Positions 50,240 through 58,563 of a stretch of 64,000 bases of DNA are shown here, piece after piece. The stretch comes from Anaerolineae bacterium. Lineage in GTDB: Bacteria; Chloroflexota; Anaerolineae; B4-G1; DUEL01. A program made the translations under genes and the position numbers. Positions within the stretch are counted from its first letter, which is position 1. Every line of letters begins with the position of its first letter. Location of the stretch: contig JBDOIF010000171.1 in the NCBI GenBank assembly GCA_041082215.1, positions 1 to 64,000 on the forward strand. Direction: 5' to 3'. The notes beneath the pieces were generated by a model. It saw nothing but the letters and a program-made list of their open reading frames with translations. It was not told the origin of the DNA and made no database searches.

Positions 50240-51136
50240 ATGTACGACCTGATTGTGATCGGTGGAGGGCCGGCCGGGATTACGGCGGCGGCGATCGCTA
50301 TCAACCAGCGGCTGGAGACGCTCATCATCGCCGAGCGGTGGGGCGGGCAGACCACCTACGAGATGCGCCTGGAGGATATGGAGGGACAGGAGGTCATCAC
50401 GGGTGAAGCTCTGCTGGATGCTTTCCGCCGCCAGCTCGAGTACCTGGAATTTGCCCGCCACTTTGACCGGGTGACGAAGGTAACGCCGGAGGAGGGCTCT
50501 TTTCTCGTGGAGACAGCGGACGGGGACCAATTCCAGGCGCAGGCCCTGATCGTCGCCACGGGTGCCAAGCCGCAACGGCTCAACGTGCCGGGCGAAGAGC
50601 GACTGGCCGGGCATGGCCTGAGTTACTCGGCCGCGACCCACGCCGGACTCTTCCTGGGCAAAGATGTGGCTGTGGTGGGAAACGGCCGGCGCGCCCAGTG
50701 GGCCGCCGCCAGCCTGGCCCGCAAGGCTCACTGCGTCTACCTTCTGGCTCCTGACCCCCTGGTGACCACCCCGCTGGCTTCCAGACTCCGCCGGATGGAC
50801 AATATAACCCTCGTCGAGGGAGCCACCGTTCAGGAGGTCCTGGGCGACCAGTTCGTTGAGGGCCTGCGCGTCCGGATGCCCGATGGGGAAGAGCGGGAAA
50901 TCCCTGTAAAGGGGGTCTTCGTCAAGCTAGCCCGCATTCCCAACTCGCAACTGGTCCGCGGATGGGTGGATTGCGACGAGCAGGGGCATATCATTGTAGA
51001 TGTCCACTGCGCCACCAGTTGGCCAGGGGTGTTCGCGGCGGGCGATGTCACCCTGGTCTCGGAGCAGGTACTGGTCCACATCGGCGAAGGGGCTAAAGCG
51101 GCGCTATCGGCCTACCACTACCTGCTAATGCAGTAG
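50240..51136 (+). CDS. Thioredoxin-reductase-like FAD/NAD(P) oxidoreductase lacking CxxC
   Basis: IGGGPAG, IVATGA, TS.PGVFAAGD; GLSYSAATH where TrxR has GVSYCATCD. Confidence 0.85.
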   Translation: MYDLIVIGGGPAGITAAAIAINQRLETLIIAERWGGQTTYEMRLEDMEGQEVITGEALLDAFRRQLEYLEFARHFDRVTKVTPEEGSFLVETADGDQFQAQALIVATGAKPQRLNVPGEERLAGHGLSYSAATHAGLFLGKDVAVVGNGRRAQWAAASLARKAHCVYLLAPDPLVTTPLASRLRRMDNITLVEGATVQEVLGDQFVEGLRVRMPDGEEREIPVKGVFVKLARIPNSQLVRGWVDCDEQGHIIVDVHCATSWPGVFAAGDVTLVSEQVLVHIGEGAKAALSAYHYLLMQ

Positions 51137-51163
51137 CGGGGCAGGTGATCGGCCTGCCCCGCT
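51133..51163. terminator. Hairpin between convergent genes (terminator or REP-like)
   Basis: GTAGCGGGGCAGG-N7-CCTGCCCCGCT. Confidence 0.45.
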
Positions 51164-51180
51164 CGCTCCAGCCGCCCGGG

Positions 51181-51966
51181 TCAGGGAATTTCGTAGACCA
51201 CCTGTATGCTCACCGAGACGGAGAACGCGCCGGGTGAGATGGGCACCGGAGCTATCGCTGCTTCCATCGCCCCGCCTCCCATCGCTGCCCGCACCGTCTC
51301 GACATAGCCGCCGCTGATTTCCTGGACCAGCACAGGCTTGCCCAGGGTGAACCCCAGCACACCAGCTATCTGTTCTGCCCTGGATTGGGCGTCCCTCAGC
51401 GCTGCCTGACGGGCCTCGGTGATCAGGCCCTGCGGGTCCTCGACGGAGAAGGAGACCTCCGAGATGGAGTTGGCCCCTGCTTCCACCACGCTGCTCAACA
51501 GATTGCTCAACCTTTCCAGGTCGCGCACCTTTGCCCGCACAAAGTGGGAGAGATGGTAGACCACCTCGCCGGTCGGTATGCCCTTCTCGGGATCGTAGAC
51601 CGTCTCCACCCACAGGTTATAACCGACGGTCTGCAGGTCCTCATCACTGATCCCAGCCTCGCGCGCGGCGGCGAGGGCGGCATCCATCTTCCGTGCGGCC
51701 TCATCCATCACGGACGCAGGGTTATCCCCCCGTATCTCCACCCCGAAGGTCACGTAGGCCACCTCCGGCTCCGCGCTCACCGTCGCCGTGCCGACGACCA
51801 CCACCCCTTCGGTCGGTGTGCCCGTGCTGACGATGGGGCCTCCTCCCAATGCCAGCGAAGTCTCCCCCCTGCTCCCCGTCGGGCTGGCTGCCACCTGCTT
51901 ACACCCGGCCAGCAGGGCCAGAAAGAGAACGACGGAACCAACCTGTAGAAGTCTGCTCTTTGTCAT
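51181..51966 (-). CDS. SIMPL (DUF541) domain lipoprotein
   Basis: Lipobox LAGC; V.GTATVSAEP, GAN.I..V.F, ARQAAL.DA..RA. Confidence 0.85.
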   Translation of the reverse strand: MTKSRLLQVGSVVLFLALLAGCKQVAASPTGSRGETSLALGGGPIVSTGTPTEGVVVVGTATVSAEPEVAYVTFGVEIRGDNPASVMDEAARKMDAALAAAREAGISDEDLQTVGYNLWVETVYDPEKGIPTGEVVYHLSHFVRAKVRDLERLSNLLSSVVEAGANSISEVSFSVEDPQGLITEARQAALRDAQSRAEQIAGVLGFTLGKPVLVQEISGGYVETVRAAMGGGAMEAAIAPVPISPGAFSVSVSIQVVYEIP

Positions 51967-52057
51967 CTTCCCTCCTCAGATCAGGAAATGTGCCTTCACG
52001 ACTTAAGACGTCTTTTCGACCTCAAAGGTTCCACCTGAAACTGGTATGGGACTCGTG

Positions 52058-52090
52058 AAAAGAGAAACCGCCGGTTGTGCCGGCGGCTTC
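52058..52090 (-). terminator. Intrinsic terminator downstream of the tRNA
   Basis: Hairpin CCGCCGG-N5-CCGGCGG followed by TTTCTCTTTT on the minus strand. Confidence 0.7.
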
Positions 52091-52102
52091 ACCATCATTC
52101 AG

Positions 52103-52174
52103 AGCGGGTGAGGGGATTCGAACCCCTGGCATTCAGCTTGGGAAGCTGACGTTCTGCCGCTGAACTACACCCGC
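52103..52174 (-). tRNA. tRNA-Gly (anticodon CCC), CCA not encoded
   Basis: GCGGGTG acceptor stem, anticodon arm TCAGC-TTCCCAA-GCTGA, GGTTCGAATCC T-arm. Confidence 0.95.
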
Positions 52175-52183
52175 TTGCCTGTT

Positions 52184-52211
52184 ATTATAATCACCCCTGC
52201 GGAAAAGTCAA
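52184..52211 (-). promoter_or_regulatory. tRNA promoter
   Basis: TTGACT-N16-TATAAT on the minus strand. Confidence 0.7.
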
Positions 52212-52243
52212 GCAGTTGTAATACACCTCCCCGTTGCCCCTAC

Positions 52244-52272
52244 TTGACACAACCCCCCCTTTGTGTTATCCT
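52244..52272 (+). promoter_or_regulatory. Promoter for the MBL hydrolase / RNase H genes
   Basis: TTGACA-N17-TATCCT with TG extension. Confidence 0.6.
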
Positions 52273-52317
52273 CGGAAACCACCTGTACATCCCCCCAGAC
52301 CTTTCTTGGAGGTAGGT

Positions 52318-53151
52318 ATGCTCCGGGAGCGCGTCTCCACAGATATTTACGTCTTCACCAGTGACCTCTACGCTCAGGTTACAGCCGGAGTGATCGCAAC
52401 ACCGGCTGGGGTTATCATGGTGGACACCCTTCCCTTTCCCATCGAGACCCGGGAGATCGCCTCGTTCATCGCCAACCGGTTCCCCGTGGGAGTTCGATAC
52501 ATCGTCCTCACCCACTACCATGCCGATCACGTCTACGGAGCCTATCTCTTCCCCGAGGCGCAGGTTGTGGCCCATGCCCGCTGCCGCCACCTCCTCTCGA
52601 CGCTCGGAGAACAGGGGCTGGCGGCCGCCCGTGCCGAGGCACCGGAGCTTGAGGAAGTGGAACTGCGACTGCCCGACCTCACTCTGGAAGACGAAAAGAT
52701 GGGCCTCCATGTGGGGGATAAGACGCTGTGGCTGCTCTGGATGCCAGGCCATAGCGAAGATATGGTGTCCGTCTTCGTGGAAGAGGAGCGGATCCTCCTG
52801 GCCAGCGACCTGGTGATGCCGGTGCCCACCATCATTGACGGGGACATCGGTGCGATGAGACGCTCACTCCAGAAGGTCCTGGAGCTGGAGCCAGAGGGTA
52901 TCGTCCAGGGACACGGGGAGGTCATCCTCCGGGGCGAGGTGAGGGAGGTGATCCAGCGGAATCTCAACTACCTGGATACGATCTACGAACTGGTCGCCGA
53001 AGCGGTGGCAGAAGGAAGACGGCGGGAGACGCTTCTGGGTGTAGACATCGAGAAGTGCGGCCTTTCGCGCGTCGCCCTCCACGGTGAGGCCCCCCGTCTC
53101 CACGCCGCTAACCTCTTCTCTCTCTACGAGCGGATGAAGCGAAATGGATGA
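52318..53151 (+). CDS. MBL-fold metallo-hydrolase
   Basis: THYHADH, PGHS, ASD, QGHG; ATG after GGAGGT. Confidence 0.9.
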   Translation: MLRERVSTDIYVFTSDLYAQVTAGVIATPAGVIMVDTLPFPIETREIASFIANRFPVGVRYIVLTHYHADHVYGAYLFPEAQVVAHARCRHLLSTLGEQGLAAARAEAPELEEVELRLPDLTLEDEKMGLHVGDKTLWLLWMPGHSEDMVSVFVEEERILLASDLVMPVPTIIDGDIGAMRRSLQKVLELEPEGIVQGHGEVILRGEVREVIQRNLNYLDTIYELVAEAVAEGRRRETLLGVDIEKCGLSRVALHGEAPRLHAANLFSLYERMKRNG

Positions 53152-53698
53152 GGAGCTGGTCGAGCGGATCCTGGATGCCGTGCGGGCGCTCTCAGACGAA
53201 CAGCGCCGCCGCCTGCTCCTGCGGCTGGCGGAAGAATACGACACGACGCAGGAGCCGCTCCCCATCCCCTTTGAAGCACCCCGGCTGGAAGGGCCCGCCG
53301 ACTATATGATCCTCTTCGACGGCGGAAGCCAGGGCAACCCCGGCCCGGCCTACGGAAGCTACCGGCTCACCCGCCTGGTTGACGGCCGCAGCACGGTGGT
53401 GCGGCTCGATTTCGAAGAGGAGATGACCAGCAATGAGGCGGAGTACCAGACACTGATCGCCGCGCTGGAGGGGTTGATCGGCCGCATCGAGGCAGCAGGG
53501 CGGGACCCGGCCGATTTCTCCGTGGAGGTGCGGGGGGATAGCGCGCTGGTCCTCCACCAGGTCGAAGGGACCTGGAAGGCAAAGGACGTCCGGATGCGCA
53601 TGCTGCGCAACCGGGCGAGGGAGCTTCTATCTCGCTTCAAGGGTTACCGGCTGGTGCTCCAGGGCCGGGAGGAGAGCGTGCAGGCGCTGGGCCATTGA
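53144..53698 (+). CDS. Ribonuclease HI-like protein
   Basis: FDGGSQGNPG, TSNEAEY, GDSALV. Confidence 0.85.
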   Translation: MDEELVERILDAVRALSDEQRRRLLLRLAEEYDTTQEPLPIPFEAPRLEGPADYMILFDGGSQGNPGPAYGSYRLTRLVDGRSTVVRLDFEEEMTSNEAEYQTLIAALEGLIGRIEAAGRDPADFSVEVRGDSALVLHQVEGTWKAKDVRMRMLRNRARELLSRFKGYRLVLQGREESVQALGH

Positions 53699-53700
53699 AC

Positions 53701-53729
53701 TTGACAGCCACCCCGTCCTGTGGCATAAT
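53701..53729 (+). promoter_or_regulatory. Promoter of the T-box leader
   Basis: TTGACA-N17-CATAAT with TG extension. Confidence 0.75.
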
Positions 53730-53746
53730 GAAAACAACTTTTCAGA

Positions 53747-54031
53747 GGCTGTGATGGAGACGAGTAAGCCCGGTGTACCGGCCCAGAGAGCCCGGGGCAG
53801 GTGAGAGCCGGGTACGGGAACCGGGCCGAAAATCCCTCCGGAGCCGCCGACCGAACAGTGTAGCGCAGGCCTTCGCCTGTGCCACATCCAGTAGACTCGG
53901 CCGGGTTCGTCCCCCGTTATCAGGACGCGGCGATGGTCCGTCGCCGACAGAGAGGCCCTGCCCGGACGCAGGGCAAGAAGGGTGGTACCGCGGGAGCGTG
54001 AGGCTCTCGTCCCTTCGGGGGCGAGGGCCTC
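53747..54031 (+). ncRNA. T-box riboswitch, Ile specifier (AUC)
   Basis: GA motif GCTGTGA/GGAGC, AGTA, AGAGA bulge, GGTGAGA loop, GAA-A-ATC (53832-53834), CCGTTA, T-box AAGGGTGGTACCGCG (53978-53992), alternative hairpin 54000-54031. Confidence 0.92.
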
Positions 54032-54033
54032 TT

Positions 54034-54091
54034 CATATGATGACGCTTGACGAATGAGGCCAAGCTTCAGGCGTCAAGCGTCAGGCATATG
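54034..54091. repeat. Inverted 7-nt array forming a hairpin
   Basis: CATATGA TGACGCT TGACGAA TGAGGC ... GCTTCA GGCGTCA AGCGTCA GGCATATG. Confidence 0.75.
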
Positions 54092-54096
54092 CACTT

Positions 54097-55152
54097 TCAC
54101 AATTCCACTTCCATCACCCATCCCCAGAGGTCGGGGCGTTCCTGGAGCTGGACCGCCTCCAGCGCCTGCCGGAGCTGCCGGGCCCGGGGGCCGGGCTGCC
54201 CGTCGCCAACAGGATAATCCACTCCCTTGTAGTTGATGACAGTGATGGGGGAAAGAACGGCGGCAGTGCCGGTGTAGAAGGCCTCTACAGCGTCGCTCAG
54301 CACCTCCTCGATGGGAAGCTTCCGCTCGACAGCGATCCAGCCGAAGAGGTCGCGGGCGATGGTGAGGACCGAGTCCCGTGTGATGCCAGGAAGGATGGAA
54401 CCCAGTGCCGGGGTGACCAGCGTGCCGTCCCGCAGGACGGCAAAGAAATTGGCGCCGCTGAATTCCTCGATGTACCGATCCTCCCGGGCGTCCAGATAAA
54501 GGGCATCCACGTAGCCCATCTTCCTGGCAACCTGCTCGGGCAGGAGGGAGGCAGCGTAGTTGCCCCCCGTCTTCGCTGCGCCGGTGCCCCAGGGGGCGGC
54601 CCTGTGGACCGAGGAGAGGACGATGGCCCGATCCCCACCCATGTACTGGCCCACCGGGCAGACAAAGACGCAGAACAGGTACTCCCGGGAGGGCTGAACG
54701 CCGAGGACTGGCCCGGAGCCGATGAGGAGCGGCCGGATGTAGAGGCTCCCCTTCTCAGGGGCAGGCACCCAGCGGGCGTTGGCCCGCACGACCGCCAGCA
54801 TCGCTTCCATAAAGCTCTCCACCGACGGGGCCTCCATCACCAGCCGGGCGGCGGAGGCGCGGAGGCGGCGGGCGTTGTCCAGAGGGCGGAAGAGGACGAC
54901 CTTCCCCCCCCGCGTGCGGCGAGCCTTCAACCCCTCGAAGACCGCCTGACCGTAATGGAGGACGCTGGCACCGAGGGGGAGCTCCAGGGTAGCCCCCGGA
55001 TGCTCGTAGAGCCTCCCAGGCTCCCAGCCAGCTCCTTCGCTCCAGCGACAGAGCCAGAAGGCGTCTGTCTCACGGTACTGGAAGCCCAGCTCGTCATCCC
55101 AGCCCGGTTCCTGTGGAAGGCGAGGGGATTGATCGGTGAACGGTTTCAGCAT
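54097..55152 (-). CDS. ilvE: Branched-chain amino acid aminotransferase
   Basis: LHYGQAVFEGLKA, LFRP, SLYIRP, AKTGGNY (PLP Lys), EEFSGANFF, ILPGITR, EAFYTGTAA. Confidence 0.95.
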   Translation of the reverse strand: MLKPFTDQSPRLPQEPGWDDELGFQYRETDAFWLCRWSEGAGWEPGRLYEHPGATLELPLGASVLHYGQAVFEGLKARRTRGGKVVLFRPLDNARRLRASAARLVMEAPSVESFMEAMLAVVRANARWVPAPEKGSLYIRPLLIGSGPVLGVQPSREYLFCVFVCPVGQYMGGDRAIVLSSVHRAAPWGTGAAKTGGNYAASLLPEQVARKMGYVDALYLDAREDRYIEEFSGANFFAVLRDGTLVTPALGSILPGITRDSVLTIARDLFGWIAVERKLPIEEVLSDAVEAFYTGTAAVLSPITVINYKGVDYPVGDGQPGPRARQLRQALEAVQLQERPDLWGWVMEVEL

Positions 55153-55190
55153 TGCACTTCCCTCCTTTGTTGGGATGCGGCGGCATGTTC

Positions 55191-55218
55191 ATTGTAGGGG
55201 AAATGGGAAAGGTGTCAA
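55191..55218 (-). promoter_or_regulatory. ilvE promoter
   Basis: TTGACA-N16-TACAAT on the minus strand; AAAGGAGG RBS downstream. Confidence 0.7.
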
Positions 55219-55249
55219 CTCCTGATAGGAGTGGGAAAGGAGAAAGAAG

Positions 55250-58200
55250 ATGCTGTTTCAGAAAGTTCACACACCCACCGACTTTGTGAGTCTGGAGCAC
55301 CGTATCCTTGAGTTCTGGAAAGCGTCGAACGCGTTTGGGAAGCTGGTCGAGCTGCGGGAAGGCAGCCCCCGCTGGTCCTTCATAGACGGCCCGATCACCG
55401 CCAACAACCCGATGGGCGTTCATCACGGGTGGGGGCGCACTTATAAAGACCTGTTCCACCGTTATAAGGCGATGCGCGGCTTCCATACGCGCTACCAGAA
55501 CGGCTTCGACTGCCAGGGGCTCTGGGTCGAGGTCGAGGTCGAAAAAGAGCTGGGCTTCCGCTCCAAGCGGGATATCGAAAACTACGGCATAGACCGCTTC
55601 GTCCGTAAATGCAAAGAGCGGGTGCTCCGCTACGCCGCCGTCCAGACGGAGCAGTCCATCCGGCTGGGCTACTGGATGGACTGGAACGATCCCGATTTCC
55701 TGCGAGAGCTGGGAAACCGGCTGATGGAAAACCCCAACGAGGTCATCACCGTCCATGGCCCCCAGGGACCGGTGACCGACACGGTGGAACAGATCGTGGG
55801 CCGGCTGGGGCTGCCGGAGCTGGGCGGCTCCTACTTTACCTTCTCCAACGAGAATAACTACATGATCTGGACCTTCCTCAAGCGTTGCTGGGAACGGGGA
55901 TGGCTCTACAAAGGTACGGATGTGATGCCCTGGTGCCCCCGCTGCGCCACCGGCATCAGCCAGCACGAGATCGCCACCGAGGGGTACCAGGAACGCACCC
56001 ACCCCAGCGTCATCCTCCGCTTCCCGCTGCGAGGGCGGCCCAGCGAGAGCCTCCTGGTCTGGACCACCACCCCCTGGACCCTGACAAGCAACGTGGCGGC
56101 GGCAGCAGGGCCCAAGCTGACCTATGTCCGGGTCCGCCAGGGAGACGAGGTATTCTACCTCTCCAAAGGCACTCTCCATCAGTTGTCGGGTCCCTACGAG
56201 GTGCTGGAGGAGATGATGGGAACGGCGCTGGAGGGCTGGACCTACGACGGCCCCTTCGACGAGCTGGAGGCCCAGCGGGAAGCTGGCGGCCCCCAGGCCC
56301 ACCGGGTGGTCCTCTGGGACGAGGTGGGGGAGGCGGAAGGCACCGGCATTGTCCACATCGCGCCAGGGTGCGGTGCAGAGGACTTCGCCCTCAGCAGGGA
56401 GTACAACCTCCCCGCCATCGCCCCGCTGGACGAGGAGGGGTACTTTATCCCGGGCTTCGGCCCTTTCAGCGCCACCCACGTCTCCGAAAGCGCCGGGCGG
56501 GTCTTCGCCAGCCTGCGGGAGAAGGGACTGCTCTACAGGGTAGAGGACTACACTCACCGCTACCCCGTCTGCTGGCGGTGCGGCACCGACCTGGTCTTCC
56601 GTCTGGTGGACGAGTGGTTCATCTCGATGGACGAGCTGCGCCACGATATGATGGAGGTGACCCGACAGATCCGCTGGCTTCCCTCCTTCGGCCTGGAACG
56701 GGAGCTGGACTGGCTGCGGAATATGCACGACTGGATGATCAGCAAAAAGCGGTACTGGGGACTGGCGCTGCCCATCTGGGAGTGCAAGGAGTGTGGACAC
56801 TTCCACGTCATCGGCAACGAACGTGAACTGAAAGAACGGGCCATCGCTGGCTGGGAGGAGTTCGAGGGCCACACCCCCCACCGCCCCTGGGTGGACGCGG
56901 TCCGTATCGCCTGTCCCAACTGCGGCGCGGAGGTGAGCCGCATCCCCGACGTGGGCAACCCCTGGCTGGACGCGGGGATCGTCAGCTTCAGCACCCTCCA
57001 GTACCGGACCAACCGGGAGTACTGGCGGCAATGGTACCCGGCCGACTTCATCACCGAGTCCTTCCCCGGCCAGTTCCGCAACTGGTTCTACTCCCTTCTG
57101 GCGATGGCAACCGTCCTGGAGAACTCGCCCCCCTTCAGGACCTGCTTCGGCTATGCCACATTGCTGGCGGAGGACGGGCGGGAGATGCACAAGTCCTGGG
57201 GCAACGCCATCGAGTTCAACGAGGCCGCCGACCGGATGGGGGTGGACGTGATGCGGTGGCTCTACTGCCGCCAGAAGCCGGAGAAGGACCTGCTCTTCGG
57301 CTACAACAAGGCAGACGAGGTCCGCCGTCAGTTCCTCCTCCCCCTCTGGAACGCCTACGTCTTCTTCGTCACCTACGCGCGGCTGGACCAGTGGACGCCT
57401 TGTAGCGCAAGTTTAAACTTGCGCTACAATCTGCTGGACCGCTGGATCCTGGCCCGCCTCAACCAGGTCGTTGCTCAGGTGACGGAGCGGCTGGAGGATT
57501 ACGACGCCTATGGCGCGACGCTCGTCGTCGAGCCCTTTATTGACGATCTGACCAACTGGTACCTCCGCCGCAGCCGACGCCGCTTCTGGAAGAGCGAGCA
57601 GGACGCGGATAAGAACGCGGCCTACGCCACCCTCTACCGGGTCCTCACCACCCTCTGCCGGCTTCTGGCCCCCTTTGTCCCCTTCGTCACCGAGGCCATG
57701 TATCAGAACCTGGTCCGCTCGGTGGACGCGGACGCGCCGGAGAGCGTCCACCACACCAACTGGCCGGAACCGGACCTATCGCTGGTGGATGAGGAGCTGC
57801 TGGCACAAATGGAGCTGGCCCGTGAAGTGGTCGCGGTGGGCCATTCGGCCCGCAACAGCGCCGGCATCAAACTGCGCCAGCCCCTGGCGCGCGCGCTGAT
57901 CTACCTTGAGCCGGATGTGGGCGGGCTGGACGGGGAGCTGGTGACGCTGGTGCAGGAGGAGATGAACGTCAAGGAGGTCTCCTTCGTGAAGGAACTCGGC
58001 GACCTGGTGACCTACCGGCTGCTGCCGGACAACCGGGTGCTCGGCCCCCGCTTCGGCGGGCGGTTCCCGGCCTTGCGGGCGGCGCTGACGGGGCTGGAAC
58101 CCGCGGCCGCGGTGCGGCGGCTGCGCGCGGGGGTTCCCCTCCATCTGGAGGTGGAAGGGGAAGAGGTGGAGCTGGCACCGGAAGAGGTGCTGATCCAGGA

Positions 58201-58543
58201 AGAGCCCCAGGAGGGACTGGCGGTGGCCTCGGAGAAGGGGGTGACCGTCGCCGTGGAGACGGCCCTCACACCGGACCTGCGCGCCGAGGGGCTGGCCCGT
58301 GAGGTGATCCGACGGGTGCAGAACCTGCGCAAGGAGGCAGGCCTGGAGCTGGATGACCGCATCGTGGTCCGCTATCAGGCGGAAGGGGAGCTGGCAGAAG
58401 CAGTGGAGGCGTGGCGGGAGTACATCGCTGCCGAGACGCTCGCGGTGGAGTGGGCGGCTGGCGAGCCGGAGCCAGGCATGCAGGTTGAGGAGTTCCGGGT
58501 AGAGGGACACCGGCTACAGGTCGGCCTGCGGCGGGCCGGCTGA
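55250..58543 (+). CDS. ileS: Isoleucine--tRNA ligase, type 2
   Basis: DGPITAN, GVHH, GFDCQGL, WTTTPWTL, GTGIVH, DWMISKKRYWG, EMHKS; long IleRS2-type C-terminus. Confidence 0.96.
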   Translation: MLFQKVHTPTDFVSLEHRILEFWKASNAFGKLVELREGSPRWSFIDGPITANNPMGVHHGWGRTYKDLFHRYKAMRGFHTRYQNGFDCQGLWVEVEVEKELGFRSKRDIENYGIDRFVRKCKERVLRYAAVQTEQSIRLGYWMDWNDPDFLRELGNRLMENPNEVITVHGPQGPVTDTVEQIVGRLGLPELGGSYFTFSNENNYMIWTFLKRCWERGWLYKGTDVMPWCPRCATGISQHEIATEGYQERTHPSVILRFPLRGRPSESLLVWTTTPWTLTSNVAAAAGPKLTYVRVRQGDEVFYLSKGTLHQLSGPYEVLEEMMGTALEGWTYDGPFDELEAQREAGGPQAHRVVLWDEVGEAEGTGIVHIAPGCGAEDFALSREYNLPAIAPLDEEGYFIPGFGPFSATHVSESAGRVFASLREKGLLYRVEDYTHRYPVCWRCGTDLVFRLVDEWFISMDELRHDMMEVTRQIRWLPSFGLERELDWLRNMHDWMISKKRYWGLALPIWECKECGHFHVIGNERELKERAIAGWEEFEGHTPHRPWVDAVRIACPNCGAEVSRIPDVGNPWLDAGIVSFSTLQYRTNREYWRQWYPADFITESFPGQFRNWFYSLLAMATVLENSPPFRTCFGYATLLAEDGREMHKSWGNAIEFNEAADRMGVDVMRWLYCRQKPEKDLLFGYNKADEVRRQFLLPLWNAYVFFVTYARLDQWTPCSASLNLRYNLLDRWILARLNQVVAQVTERLEDYDAYGATLVVEPFIDDLTNWYLRRSRRRFWKSEQDADKNAAYATLYRVLTTLCRLLAPFVPFVTEAMYQNLVRSVDADAPESVHHTNWPEPDLSLVDEELLAQMELAREVVAVGHSARNSAGIKLRQPLARALIYLEPDVGGLDGELVTLVQEEMNVKEVSFVKELGDLVTYRLLPDNRVLGPRFGGRFPALRAALTGLEPAAAVRRLRAGVPLHLEVEGEEVELAPEEVLIQEEPQEGLAVASEKGVTVAVETALTPDLRAEGLAREVIRRVQNLRKEAGLELDDRIVVRYQAEGELAEAVEAWREYIAAETLAVEWAAGEPEPGMQVEEFRVEGHRLQVGLRRAG

Positions 58544-58563
58544 CCGTCGGGTGACAATAGGGA

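Noticed and set aside
52103..52174. tRNA-Gly as an integration site for an island or prophage
   Set aside because: No integrase nearby and no duplicated tRNA 3' end noticed.
53773..54236. ORFs 53773-54057 and 54054-54236 as T-box-regulated genes
   Set aside because: They overlap the riboswitch or ilvE, have low-complexity translations and show no recognisable motif.
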